Source: Pecten maximus (Eukaryota). Taken from it: a stretch of 64,000 nt of DNA. The stretch is taken from assembly GCF_902652985.1 (NCBI RefSeq), contig NC_047016.1, positions 7,130,001 through 7,194,000 of the forward strand, written 5' to 3'. Below are positions 48,201-61,735 of the stretch, piece after piece. The notes below the pieces were generated by a model. That model worked only from the letters and a program-made list of their open reading frames with translations. It was not told the DNA's origin and ran no database searches. A program made the translations under genes and the position numbers. How positions within the stretch are numbered: the first letter of the stretch is position 1; every line of letters begins with the position of its first letter.

Positions 48201-49769
48201 TTAATACGTTATACCCATTTAGGTTTTAATTGTAGGGAACATTGATAGTTCCACCCGAGAGTATCGCTTTGGGTAAGGTTACATTGATAGTTCTGGCAGA
48301 GAGGTTAAAAATGTAGCTTACATTGATAGTTCTATCAGAGAGGTTTTAGCTGTAGAGTACATTAATAGTTATACCATTTAGGTTTTAATTGTAGGGAACA
48401 TTGATAGTTCCACCCGAGAGTATTTCGCTGTTGGGTACACATACATATTGGCACCCTTGAATAGCGATGTGATCCACACACCACCGTGAATGTTTTAGAA
48501 AGACGCTTTTACTGGAACTGTTACTCCTGTATACGGAATGGAAGAGGAAGATAATGCATCAGATCGTAAAAACGCTTTACTTGAAGAGCTTCTTGGTATG
48601 GTGACAATGGTAACAACTCCAAAGTCTGGCAAAAGAAGCCCGGATAAATACAGAATTCGTAAGAAAAGCGCCAGTGAAATACCCGGGAAAAATTCCTTAA
48701 AACGAGGGTTAGTAGAGTGTCAATCATTACAGATATCTCAATTATAAAGTTATCTAAACAATAATTTTGTAGGACAGTAAGATAATTGGCTTTAACCACA
48801 TGGTTGGATGGTCAGTGTTTCATCCTGTGCTTAAGTTATGTTTGTATGCTCATCGTAACGTTCTTATTGTAATTGGATAATCAAATATGGTAGTATGAAA
48901 TAATGCTATGGACAATGCTTTCTATTTAGTGCACTTCCAGTTTCCCCAATAGCGATAGATGCACGAGGCACACAATTTCATTACCAGCCCGGGGACTTGG
49001 GTATGATTCCACGTCCCGAAAATCCAATTCCTACCAGTCTTGAAAAAATGCGTGTTAAGTCAGCTACGACGAGGTTAGGAGAACTCCGAAAGATGCTCAC
49101 AAACTCTGTCGGGGTGCAGACTGTGAGCGCACCGAAGGTAAGCGCTTGTCAGATACTGATCAATGACAAAATATATCGTTTATGTGTTCAAACGTTGATA
49201 ATGTGTGGTAGTGAGCAAATCGTGTCATAGCAGTTATATTAAAAAAAGTAAATATATGATAAAAAAACACACCTAAAAAACCGGTAATACCTACTACAAG
49301 TAAGTTTTATCTAAGTATACACGTTCTTTTCATGTCATTGTACATATATACTCTCTGTGGCAATTCTATAGTATATATCTAATAGTCTACCTTTAAAGGA
49401 AGTTGAGTATCGTTTTCTCCTTCTGGACGTGTGAAATGGTTAATTATATATCATAATAATAATACGTCGATTATGTATCATTATATCAAAATATAATGAA
49501 ATTTAGACAAAAACAGTATTCCTCCTCAAAAGGATTTGTCCAAAGTCATTCCCCGTGTGTAAATTGTATTTATTAAATTCCAGTCATTGTACTACGCTGA
49601 CCAGCTCCTTGACAATATCACCCCTAGACAAAAACAATCATTACTTCACGAGCAGGGACGCGAACATTCCCGGGATCAAATCCGGTCACGTGGTACTCCT
49701 ATGGGCAGCATCGGACCAGCCAGTCCAGCCAAACGAATGTTATATGGAAAAGGCCACAAAGTCACATGA
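39280..49769 (+). CDS. CFAP157: Cilia- and flagella-associated protein 157-like (10 exons, about 577 aa)
   Basis: Exons 39280-39434, 40420-40541, 40779-40928, 41763-41916, 42438-42705, 43106-43236, 43566-43716, 48499-48707, 48930-49137, 49584-49769; 1734 nt, all GT-AG, in frame. Motifs recognised from CFAP157: MPPKKK, LQIRDLE, FQDTKETLTSEN, LEDFKLKKEE, DKDRLKKEM..FRKVSNKQMADTTKRAIREN, HYQPGDLGMIPRP. Confidence 0.9.
39408..39812 (+). repeat. 37-bp minisatellite made of CFAP157 exon-1 end plus donor
   Basis: Unit TAAGGATTTAGAGCACCAGCTAATGAA|GTGAGTAAAT, about 11 copies; the first copy is the true exon end. Confidence 0.95.
43699..48430 (+). repeat. 39-bp minisatellite filling CFAP157 intron 7 (about 4.7 kb)
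   Basis: Unit ATCAGAGAGGTTAAAGATGTAGGTTACATTGATAGTTCT, about 120 copies, homogeneous core with degenerate edges. Confidence 0.97.
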
Positions 49770-51985
49770 AAATCTTTCAAACACATTTTGATAACTTATC
49801 TATTTAGGTGTGCGAGGTTCAATTATGTCTCGTCATGTAATCCTGTATTTGATACATTGTTATCGGTGTCTTAGAATACTTTTGTGTATCTCATCGAACC
49901 CCCCATGTTTGTATATCTTTGCCACTGTGCTGTTGTAGCTGATGTGACTTATGTTCGCTATCGGGAACACTTTCTCGTGCGTAATCATACACTACCATAT
50001 TAAATCCTACAGCAAAATGGATAAGAACAACATCTGCCTTTAGTTGGTTTATACTGTTAATCATTTATTAGTCATAAAATTCAACGGACATTCTAATTTA
50101 GTTGTTTTATCACATTGCGTAATCTGTATCATATTCAGAAAGTATAAGGTTGTCGTATACAAGTGTATTCTGGTGTCTGTAATTCCTGCACGTTTCCAAC
50201 CGGATCCCAAAATTTTAGAAACATGCATGGTCACTTGTTTATCTAATTTCGATAGGTCAATTATATGCCTGGGGGAGGGAAGGGGGTGGGGCAAAGAATG
50301 CCCATAGGGAGCATAGGGAGGAGAGTTATAGCTGCTGAATGACCTTAGCGTAAATTTTCCCTCCATATTTACAGTAAACAAAATTCATATCTTCTAAGAA
50401 ACCCATTTCGTAGTTTAGTATGTATAGTCATGTGTACTACGTTGTGCATGTAATCGACCGTCAACGAATATAGCTGTGATGAATATATATTGTTTTATAA
50501 GTGAAACACATAGGTTTATCCTGAAAGCATGTACATGTAGATGTAGAAGCCGAATGAAAGTGTGTGTAAAATAAATAAACATGTTTCCAATCATATTATT
50601 ACGTTTTCAATGATTGTTTATTTGTAGAAATTATAAGATATCAACCCTAGTATGTTTAAATTTAATTTTTTTGAAGAGACACATGTGTTGCATTAAATTA
50701 CTTTTTACTTCCCAAATGCACTCAGAGCCGAGTAATGTCACCTATCAGCCAGCAAAACACAGCGTATGTTATTATTCCTATAATACATAGTGTTTATTAC
50801 ATAATATTACTTTAGATTAGTTATTGTCTCGCCTGCAATGAAGTCAAGAAGTAAGACTATGTACTTTGTACACTTGTTCACCTTTTCTGAGTTCGAGTGA
50901 CAGTGGCATAATGGATAAAAATTGAGATCATCAATAGAAGTTTTATCAACCTTATTTTGAAGCTGATTCTAATGACCCTTCATTGACTTATTATATTCCT
51001 GACTCCAGGATACGAGGGGATTAGTAACGTGTACAATGACTTATCTTTAGAAGAAAGATAATTAGCAATAATCTTAATCGAATTGATATCAAATACATAA
51101 GATTGTACTTTTAGTAATATGCCTATTTATTATTTTAGTATATTTGTACTACTTATTTTACTGCTTTTTTTATATTTACATAACATCAACATTTAAAGAT
51201 TTGAAGATGAACTTATCAATCTATATTTTGAAATCGATTACAATATACACTACTCTACATATATACATGTATTTCATTAAATATGTAAATTCAGCCACGA
51301 CTTTGGACTTAATACCAAATACATGCGGATGTGGACGATTCATCACTTTTAGAAGAAATACAGTTTGTGTCTTACGCTTGTAACTTTTCGAATTGCAGAG
51401 ATCTGTATTGGAATGAAATATAAGGGAAATATAATGTCCTAAGGCTAATGGTGGAAAACACACACAAATGCAGTGGTGGATGAGTTCATTTTAATAGCCA
51501 AATACGAACCTTTATACAAGAAAATTATATGAGATATAGTTCTAGAACTTCATGTCTTCATGATTATTACACCATTATAGCAAAACCACGATTACTCATT
51601 GTGATATCCTGTTTGATGTTTGATTAGTTCACAAGTTCAAGAAACGCAGAGAAATAACGTAGAAAGCTGATTTGGTATCACATTACAGTATGATTACTTT
51701 CCATTGTGTGTAATATATTCTAGGTTATTCATGCACAAATACGACGCAAAGCTCATCGATTATTATTGACAAAGTCACAGCACAGCAGTAATCAGAGTCA
51801 ATTAATTCAGTGGTAGATGCATATATAATATCTAAATCCTAAACTTTTCTTGTTAATTATACAAAAATGTAGAACAATTTACACTTACATGTCTTCATAA
51901 TTATCACACCATTATAGTAAAGCCACGAGTACTCAAAGCGAGGTTGGTCATTCACAAAAACGATCCAAAGCTTAACGGTTAGCAG

Positions 51986-53474
51986 TTACATGACAGTACA
52001 CCACGATTCTGTTGAGGTCGGTTGATCACTACGATCTTCGTCGATCTTCTCTTGATATTCGTCGATCTTCTCTTGGATAGGAGCGATGTTGCAAGGTTTG
52101 TTGTATGCTCCACACCGAAAGGAACCGTCAGTTCCTGCCGGAATTAGGCAAATGAAGCAGAAGTGCTGACCGCATGTGCATGTCATATGCTTACAAGCCT
52201 TCGTATGCTGAATGACCATACCGCACTTCGGACAGGCTCGGATTGATGGGCACCCTTCCAGTCCGATTATGGTCTTTCGTTGAGCTGTTTTCAGGATCTT
52301 AATCCTAGGATCTTTACCGGTACATGCGGTGTTTCCACAGCTACTGGTGCCAGATGATTTCCAATCATCGAGGCAGTACCAACAAAACTCTCGTACCTTT
52401 TACCGTTTTTGCTGCAGGATAGACACAACACTCTCCTGTCGTTACAATTTTGCCTCATGCAGAATACTGTACATTTAGGGCATTTCTGGATTCCAGCAGA
52501 TTTTCGCATGTAGTTTTGAGCTAGTTTCGTTTCAAAATACTTCTTTTCGTCATCTGTTAATACAGCAAGCCGTTTGACTATGGAATATTCCCATATCTGA
52601 CCACATTCTGTCGAATTTTTCCGATCTGTGTACGGACAGTGGAATTGCCATTGTCCAGCTGACATCAAACTTCTGCAATACGCGGTCAATGACTCTGGAC
52701 CTGAAAGCATAATTTTGCAGTACCAATTGCTACAGGAAATTTCAAACATTGATGTCATCAGTGTCAAGATTTGTAAAAAGTAAATAAACAAACCATTCAT
52801 CTTTAAATGCAATACGCAATTTCTATTTTTTTTATCTAGATAAATCATCTGATACACGCACTATTTGCTTACCAATGGCATGTCCACATGGCGTTTTTGC
52901 ACGTGGATTAGCTGGATCATCATCCCAGGTTATCATGTCCGGAAGATCAGTACGTTCAACGTCTTCATCCAGCTGTTTAGGTTTCAGTGGTGGGTCAGGA
53001 TCATTTCCTCCCGGAAGCCGAATCACTACGAACAACGTGGACCTGTCCTGGAGTTTATAATCAGACACATACATTTTCTTCCCATTTTTTCTCATCGCCA
53101 GTTCCTTGCCTGTGAACAATAATTTCAACATGTAATTATACAGAGTTTAATCAATTGATTATCGATGTAATATGATATTTACAGATATCCAAAGGACTAA
53201 CCTGGCCGAACAACAATAATTCATGTATCTCCAGATTATCATTTATAATTTCTGATGATCATTATGTTAATCACACTTCAATTTCAATTTTATTAGTGAT
53301 TGTTTTGTACAAACTCATTTTTATTCACGCACTCATAGATTAATACATCTCAGAGTGAGAACATATATTTTAGAAATTGGCTACTACTTTACCGGCAAAT
53401 ATGACACGTTGGGTTGCCGCTTCTATCCCGTTCCATTCGCAGATTTTTTTCAGGAGGTCTTCAATCGATGCATC
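51986..53474 (-). pseudogene. Ubiquitin-like domain + RBR (RING1-IBR-RING2) E3 ligase, disrupted; C-terminal CaaX
   Basis: 53474-53388 UBL piece (DASIEDLLKKICEWNGIEAATQRVIFAGK); 53131-52873 UBL end (LLFTGKEL..DYKLQDRSTLFVVIRLPGG) plus RING1 start (PCGHAI); GT-AG intron 52872-52701; last exon with RING1, IBR (CPKC..C..C) and, after a 2-nt insertion at about 52389, FCWYC...RING2 (CPKCGMVIQHTKACKHMTCTCGQHFCFICL), ending CTVM*. Confidence 0.85.
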
Positions 53475-53884
53475 CTAAATATGTTAATAAACATTAGAAC
53501 AAATTTCGTTCTCATTCACATGGCAAATAGAAGCTGAAAATGATTCATCGATGCAAACAACTATCATACTTTGAAGGGACGTTTGTGCCAACGAAGAAAT
53601 TGGAAATAGATCGAGCATTGAAAATAAACGTTACATTTACTTTAGGGATGTCAAACCGGTCGGATTGTAATAAACGGTTTGTCAGAACTGGTTTATCGGT
53701 AAGCTCAACAGTATGCTTGTATGCAACAAGTTGTTAAAATTATAACAAACAATCAACAAGAAAACATAGTTTATCTATGATAATTGTAACATTCCAACGT
53801 TGTTACATTTTTACACCATGTTCATCAATGATATGGTAGTCCCATGTACCTTAATACAACTGTTGTTATTGCTGCTCAATTGTC

Positions 53885-54430
53885 ATTATCAACATTCAGG
53901 TCCTCCCTTCGTCGAGGGTTTCAACCCCTATCCCGGAACTCTGTCCTGATGGTTGGTTAGCAGGGGTGATCAATACCTACTTTCCGACGGTTGACGGCGT
54001 GGCTTCCATGTACTTTCTTTACGCCGCATCCAAAGCCATCGGGACGCTCGTCCTGCTTCCCGCCCCAACTCTTTCCAGTGATGCCGTGGCTCCGATCCTT
54101 CAGCATGTTTAAGGCAGAAATGATCTTAACCCTATTTCAACAGGGAAGTTTCACGCCTGAGAATCTTTACTTTCACACTCCTTTGTCAGCTCTGCATACT
54201 GGTGCTTCTTCCTTCCATTGCTGATTTACACCTTGTCTCTCAAATCGCAGTAAGTTCCACCATCAACAAATCCTTCTTGCTGGTTGATAGCAGCATTATG
54301 TCTGGTCGCTGTGTTATCTTCACGATCTGCCAAGATCCACTCGCATCTCCCAGACTCCTGAACCTCCTAGATATCCAGGTTGGCATTCCGTGTTTCCCCT
54401 ATATCGCATGTCCTTCTCTGTAGTGTTCCC
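53885..54430 (-). mobile_element. 3' fragment of a Hero-like (RLE-bearing) non-LTR retrotransposon
   Basis: Broken frames give WEMRVDL, QRPDIMLLSTSKKDLLMVELT, QYAELTKECESK, FPVEIG, REAGRASRWLWMRRKE. These are PD-(D/E)xK endonuclease and C-terminal motifs of the Hero clade, followed by a TGATCACCCC-starting 3' UTR. Confidence 0.75.
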
Positions 54431-55559
54431 CCACAAGCCTGATTTTATAAAGATCTGCCTGTAACTTCTAATACATTTTTAGGCGCCATGCCCTTTTTCC
54501 AGTGAAGTAGGACTGATTATCTCTGCTATTGTCAATCAAACTCTCTATACATGTACAACGTAACACCTGATTGGGATAGTGACACTAATTGGTCAGCAAA
54601 TTAGGGCAATCATCTGTGCACTGAACCATGTGCATAATAACAACCATGACCAACGCTTGACCGATTTTCAAACCTTTGAAAGTGACACAATTTATATAAA
54701 ATTTCGGGGGAGCCGTACGTAGAAAGACAAAATTCAGAATTAAGAAAAGGTTATATGAGTTCTTATTAAAAGGATCTGATAATGTTAACAGCATTGATAA
54801 TAATATAAAAAAAATATTCTGAAAATGTCACCTAACATGCATGAAGTACATCTAAAGCATACTTATTGTGCTCGTTGTATACCAAAATGAGCAATTCTTA
54901 TCCAAGTATTAGCATCACATACCTTAAGTATACATGACTTAAACTTGAAGTATGCTTGGAATAATCCCTTGCAAAATTTGACACCAGAAGCTGATTAAGT
55001 ATACGTGTGAGTAACTTAGAAAAAAACTAGTCTGATCAAGACTGGACCAAAATAATCTAAATTCAATACTCCAAAAAAAAATCTTTTGTACTTGTTTACC
55101 GATTTTCATAATTTGTCTTGAATTTGATACTATGTATATGAGATCTACAAATACATTAACATTTTAATACTTTTTGTATTTAATTGAATTTAAGTACAAT
55201 TAATCCTGGAGCTAGATTATGACATGAGGATCCGGAGTTTGCATGAACTGCAATTGTTATAAGTACATCAATAATATTGCTGCTGATGTAAACTTAAGTT
55301 AAGAATGTTCAAAGTTATTTGATTTGATTCTACTTACTGAAGTTCTTTAATTGTAATTACCAAAATAAATATTTCAAACATATAGGAATTACATACAATA
55401 TTTTCCGTATTCTGCTTGGTCATCTTAATACAATTTTTAGCCAAAAGCAATCATACATGATACAACTTCCTTGTCCACAATATGTACATCTTTGTGTTTT
55501 AAACACACTGGTTTTGATGATAAATATAATTCATTTCCCCAACGATTTGACATTTTGCA

Positions 55560-56760
55560 AATGCATTTCCTGGTTGGTGAACTAACTCTACATAAACACA
55601 TTTGTAGCAAACATATTTTGATTTTTCTGTGAGTAAGCCATTGCTATGTGTTCCTAGCTAGCTGTGGTTAGTTCAAAATCATAATCCTCATGTGCTTTCT
55701 GTGTTGTTACTTTTTCCATGCTCAAAACTAGAGCAGCATTTATTGGAGGACATCCACAATTACGTGTTGGCATATGATGTTGTTTACTATGTTGAATCTG
55801 TATGTAATACTGTACTTGTCCAATTCGAAAATCTGTTGTCTGACCATAATATGATATTGTATAGCTGTTGCGTGCATAGCATCTCTGATACATTTCAAAA
55901 TGAAACATATTTGATCAAATTCTCATTCGTTTGAAGATCAGTCCGAAAAATGACACCCAAGATAGCGTTTCCTCGATAATGTACCTACTGCATAAATTTT
56001 GTCAAATAACAGCTTATCATTTCTGTTTGGGACAACCTTAATTGTATTGAAAAAAAATCCATTTCTCGTAATCAGATAGCTATGTGATCATTTTTCAACT
56101 CTGATAGACTTTGCATCATACATACACTTTAAACATTTTGCAAATTATTACTTTGAGTTCAATGGAATAGTTTAAGTTGCACTTCCATTTTCAAATGGAA
56201 AACAAGAGTAGGTCCACAATAGATCCATGTCAAGAACCATTGTCAGAAAATGAAGGAGCTGATGTACATTTGCGGAAGGTGAAGGAACTGATGTACATTT
56301 GCGGAATGTGAAGGAGCTGATGTACATTTGCGGAAGCTGAAGGAGCTGCTGTACATTTGCGGAATGTGAAGGAGCTGCTGTACATTTGCGGAATGTGAAG
56401 GAGCTGCTGTACATTTGCGGAATGTGAAGGAGCTGATGTACATTTGCGGAAGCCGAAGGAGCTGCTGTACATTTGCGGAAGGTGAAGGAGCTGATATACA
56501 TTGCATGTCATGTATCTTTTCCCATACAAGGCTGTAAACATACAGCAGAACCATTTCAGGAGAATGTCCGCTTTTCTACCTTCTCTGCAGAGATGTCCTG
56601 CAGCAAAATGAAAATTGCATAAACCAGCAAAAGGTAATGCTTTGTATTCTGCTTTAAAACACAATGACAACAGAAGTTTTGTTATTCCAAACAGGTTGAA
56701 TTTGGTTTGAACAAATGCGTGCAATATTGTCATCTTTGATTAGTGTATAGCTATTTGAAC
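55560..56760 (-). mobile_element. Decayed CACTA/EnSpm-type transposase fragment
   Basis: FTALYGKRYMTCNVYQLLHLP..VLDMDLLWTYSCFPFENG (EnSpm H-x-x-H / GPLW..SCFPFE region) and YQRCYARNSYTISY..IGQVQYY. Confidence 0.7.
56252..56500. repeat. 29-bp minisatellite inside the EnSpm coding remnant
   Basis: Unit GAAGGAGCTG(A/C)TGTACATTTGCGGAATGT, about 8.5 copies. Confidence 0.93.
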
Positions 56761-59700
56761 ATTACTTGTGAAATATCAGTTGAAGTTTTATGTCTTGAAA
56801 CAAGTTTTAAAAATTGTCTGACAGTTTTTGGTATCTTATTCTCAGGTTTACAGAAAGAGTATATCAATTCCAAAAGCAGCTGTAAAGATTCACCAGTCTG
56901 AGATGCCTTCTGTGAAATGAAGCAATAAGAAGCATACTTGCACCAACAGTGAGCTATGTACCTGAGAGTACTGGAGCTTAAGCAGTTCCTTATGTATTCA
57001 CATTTGGTACGACAGTAGAATATTCATTAAAATCGTATTGTCTTAGTCATTCAGATGTTGATCAGTTTCTTCATCAAAATAATTTATTTCAAAGTTGATG
57101 TTAACATCGTGTGACATTTCATAATTCTGTAGAAACTGAATAAAATTGTCATCTTTTTAATGAGAACTGTCAACAGTTGTTTGCACTACTCTTGAATTCT
57201 TGAGTCGGACAAGTAAAGGTCAGCATCATCTACATAAATTGAAAAGAAATTATGTTTTTGTTTGAATTCATTTAAGTATTTTTTTTCTTCAAAATATGAC
57301 TTAGTTATAAAGAATACATCGCGTATATATATATTCAGAACAGACGTTTGCAATTGATTTGTCATAACAAAACATTCGTTTTCATGTGAAAGATTATGCT
57401 ACCTAACACTTTCCTGTATAAGTTAGTCAGGCTATCTGATTTTTATTATCAATTTTTTCCCAATGACAACAACACATGCTGTTGCTGTTAGCAAATACCC
57501 CCTGTATACATAGACTTTATAGGAATTTTTGTCTATTTTTTAATTAAAGACAAGACATGTCCTTATGGTTCAGCTTCATTTTCGGCTCAAAAGTCTTTCT
57601 GCAAAATTTAGTTTACTAGATCTATGATCACTATGAACATTAACTTGAAACCAATATCTTTCTCAGCTTACAAACTTTGGTTAAAATTGGTCAATCAACA
57701 AATTCAGGAAAATTCTTTGAAGAAAAAGGTTTAAATGAGAGACTTACTGAGCTCCACTTTTCGTCTTGATGTTAAAGGTGCATGTTCTATAGGATTAGAT
57801 TTTTTAAATATGTATCTCACGGTCCTTTTTTTCACTCGAGCACGCTTCATCTTCACTGCAGACGCTGACTTCTCCCACACTTCCGGTACGTAGTCAAAAA
57901 ATGCCCGAGAAAGAAAGGTCCTACACAAAGCCAAGTGCATAATCACCAGTACACATATAGATAGATATAAAATCTATGATACATATATGATAAAGATATT
58001 AAGAATGGTTTGTTGCTTTTTCTGCATATAAGTGAATACGTGATTTTAAGCTTTGTACACGCCGTCATCACAGGTTACATTCACTCAGCATACAATATTT
58101 GGGGTTGTCCCGCCTCTCTGTTTTGATATGTGGCGTGGTCACGTCCGATAAGTTCCGAGTTGATCCAGCCTCCGTATACCGAGCCACACAAAGAAATATA
58201 GCTACATAGTCTCATTGGAATAAATTTTGATAAGCCGTTATTTGTTAAATATTTTCAATCATATTCATTATTTAGAAGAAAAATTGCACCGAGTAGAAAA
58301 TACTAGGCATTGTTTTGAATTTGAAGACAAAATATCGCATCCCTTTAGGCACCTTACGGTTTACCGCACATTCAAAGAGGTTAATCTGTCATTATTATTT
58401 GGCACACGTCCAAGTGCTAGTATTAACAGACCGCGGAATTCTTAAAAATTTCATAGAATTGGCAACTTTAAGCAATGAGATAAATGGCTTAAGTGGCAAC
58501 TGTTTCGTTTTGTTAGAGTGGATTGATAAAGGAAAGATTAGTACCGAGCCAACATAACCGATTATCTTGGATGCAACACGTGTATCAAGCTGTTTACGAG
58601 AAAGGGAAGAACATCAAACACAAGTCAACGTAAAAGCAACCCCGGACATACAACGTCCGGATCATACGATACTAGTCTCACACACAATTAAGATAATAAT
58701 TTATTATATCACGAAACGACAATACACGTCATATATATGTCTAAGGCTGAGGTTCAGTAGGTTTTCCGTTATCGCCACCCGATTCTCGTTTGAGATTGTG
58801 ACTTGTTTATAGCGGGTATCATCGGTGAACATTGGCTCTACTGATACACCTGCGGCTACGTGTCCCTTTTCAAGAGTCTCCGTACAAATCTTTATACACA
58901 CATATATTACAAAAAATAATAGGGGAGTATTTGTGGTAGGGGAAGTGTTTGAATAAAAAGGAATCGCTTATTGAGTAAATGTGTGATTCCTATCACATAT
59001 GGTGTGTTATCGAATTAAATAGCGTTTAAATTAAAAATTAACTGTTTTGTGCTATAACCAGCATTAGTAATTCTACAATAGTTCCACATAAATGATGAAC
59101 ATCACTTATTCCCTTTAGTAATTGCGATACTTTAAATCATAATTTACTTGATACTATATCAGAATAGTCGACAGGCCGAAAAATCACTGAATAGACTTAG
59201 GTACCGATTCTATATTTATGATAATGTACTCACTTTATGTATCTTAAATGTGGTTTTCTTGTCACTGCCAGATGAAACGAACAGCTGAATCATGTCATCC
59301 ATACTGCTCACTGCTTTCCTGTCGAAGTGATATCGGAGATCCCTACTTTCAGTTTGTTGGAAGGGCGTTTTATGCTATAATATAAACCGAAAATGAAAGT
59401 AATTCTTACTACCACTGGCAAAGCATTACCAAATACCCAGTAACGATGTATAGAAGATTTCCCAAATGACTGGTGCCATTAGTTATGCATTTATTCAAAG
59501 GGAAATCAAATATGATAAAACCAGCAATACGTCATCTTCTTTTCCGCGAAAACTTCACGTATACCAATTGTGATATACAAACCTATCGACGTGTATACAC
59601 AGTCTGCTTATCAATTACGTTAAAATATCAACATTTAATGTGTCACTTTGTAGGTCAAATTTACTGTTATCTTCGAATGTATAATTTGCTCATATTTTCA

Positions 59701-60989
59701 AGACACTATACTTAAATTGAAGTTTCTCTGGTGTGTACCATATATATCGATCATCTTTCCAGCTTACGTTAATTTGGCTAAACTTTATCATTCAACACAA
59801 CAGAAGAAACTATTGAATGACTTGAAAGAAAGAACAAGCGAAAACCGAGTGAAGGATATGATGATTGAATGAAAATTAATATAGATATATATCTCTATAA
59901 GAAGGAATGCTGGATGCATGAAGTGAGAGAGCGTTGATCGGTAAGTGTTAAGAATGAGAGCTTTGATCATCAATCCGCCATTCGTTAAAACAATCTAGTT
60001 TGAGCATGCGTATAGGAACTATTATCCGCGGCCCATATCAAGTTTCAAGTTTTATTCAAACTTTGGGTCAATGGTCCATTATTACATATAGAGAATGAAG
60101 CACTATATTAGACATCCCACGTTATCAATTGGTAGTTTCCTGGTTATTGCAATTTGGAGAAATTACGACATTGACTCTCACATGATATCACCAATAGATA
60201 TGTATTCTACCATTCATTATATTTTTGTAAATTTGTCATAATTGATATTTTATAAAAACATAGAAAGGCTTTACTAATAACGCATTAACACGTGCTATTC
60301 AATTTGTCTACAACCTTGTGAGAAATATAGGACCACAACTTTCCAAATAAGGCAGATAAATGCTTAAAAACACATATCTTACGAAATAGAAAAGGGGAGT
60401 ATTTGTGGTTTTGGAAGTGATGGACTATATACATAGTCCTGTGGGAGCACATGTTTGGTATATGAAAGTCCCCAAAATTGACAGTTGTATATGTGTCTGG
60501 GGGAATAACACATTTTCTCGTTAAAACAGTTTGAAGGAAGTATTAAATTGCAGGAAATTTAATGCTTATCATTGCACCGAGGTATTACGAATATTAACAT
60601 ATTGTAAAATATAATTTGTTATATGTTGACGTAACGAAAACAGAGAGCGACTCGATCCTCGTGCTTACAAAACAAAGGTTTAATGTCTATGGCTATTATG
60701 GTAACCTACTTAAAACGAAAGGTGTATGTGGATGTCCTAGCTGATAATACCAGTGTGTAGTAACCGATATAGTATCCATTTCTGTTGTCAACGACCATTT
60801 ACGACACAGGTGTGATGTTGATATCATTATTGTGTTACAGTCAAGGTGCATACAAAGTAATGCAATTAAAAACCGCCTGCTACTGAAGGCCTTATACAGA
60901 AGTATTCAAGAGACATGATCATCGTTACACTTTACGATATGATGGCCCATATCAGCCGTCGAATTACGAATAACCTACTTATTGGACAC

Positions 60990-61735
60990 TGTTGTGCTCA
61001 CTAACTTGACACAGTACACATGACAACTTACTTATTCAATTCAAGCTGTTGTATTCACTGACTTGACAAAGCGTCCATAACAACTTAATCTTTCAATTTG
61101 TGCTAAATAACTTGACACAGCGTCCATGACAACTTACTCTTTCTAGTTGTGCTTACTAACTTGACAACTTATTAGTTGAAGTTGTGCCTACTAACTTGAC
61201 GTAGTGTATATGACAACGTATTCTTTGAAGTTGTGCTAATTGGCTTGACAAAGTGTACATAACAACTTGCTCTTTGAAGTTGTGCTCACTCACTTGACTA
61301 CGTGAACATGCCACATTTCTCTTTCAAGTTGTTATATTCACTGACTTGCCAAGTGTACTTGACCGTTCACTCTGATGTCGTTGTACACACAAATATGGGT
61401 ATTTGACAAGTTACTTTATGGTGGACAGGGCAAATTACTTATGTTGGTTAATTGAACATGATAATGGTTCTACATTATATTTGATTGGAATATAAACACA
61501 GCCGATAGTGTTGTGTTGGATGTATTTGTATTGCAAGTACTAATTGACGTTTTTCTTTTCTGCAAAATCACATTAACTGCGGACTTTCGTTTGGACAAAA
61601 CGCTAAGAATGTAGAACCGTTATCATTCCTATACAACGACATCAGAGTCAACGGTAATGTACGCTTGGCCAGTTAGTGAGTATACGAATCTAAAAGAGTA
61701 AGCTGTCATGTACACTTTCGTCATGTCAGAAGGTA
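60990..61735. repeat. Degenerate ~55-bp tandem array with an inverted copy of its end
   Basis: GTTGTGCT.ACTAACTTGAC...ATGACAACTT units at 60990-61350; 61290-61386 is mirrored at 61631-61730 (CTCTGATGTCGTTGTA / TACAACGACATCAGAG). Confidence 0.7.

Noticed and set aside
51540-51940. Diverged ~60-bp direct repeat downstream of the RBR gene; similar AGGGGAGTATTTGTGGT pair at about 58921 and 60393
   Set aside because: Old local duplications with no further structure to interpret.
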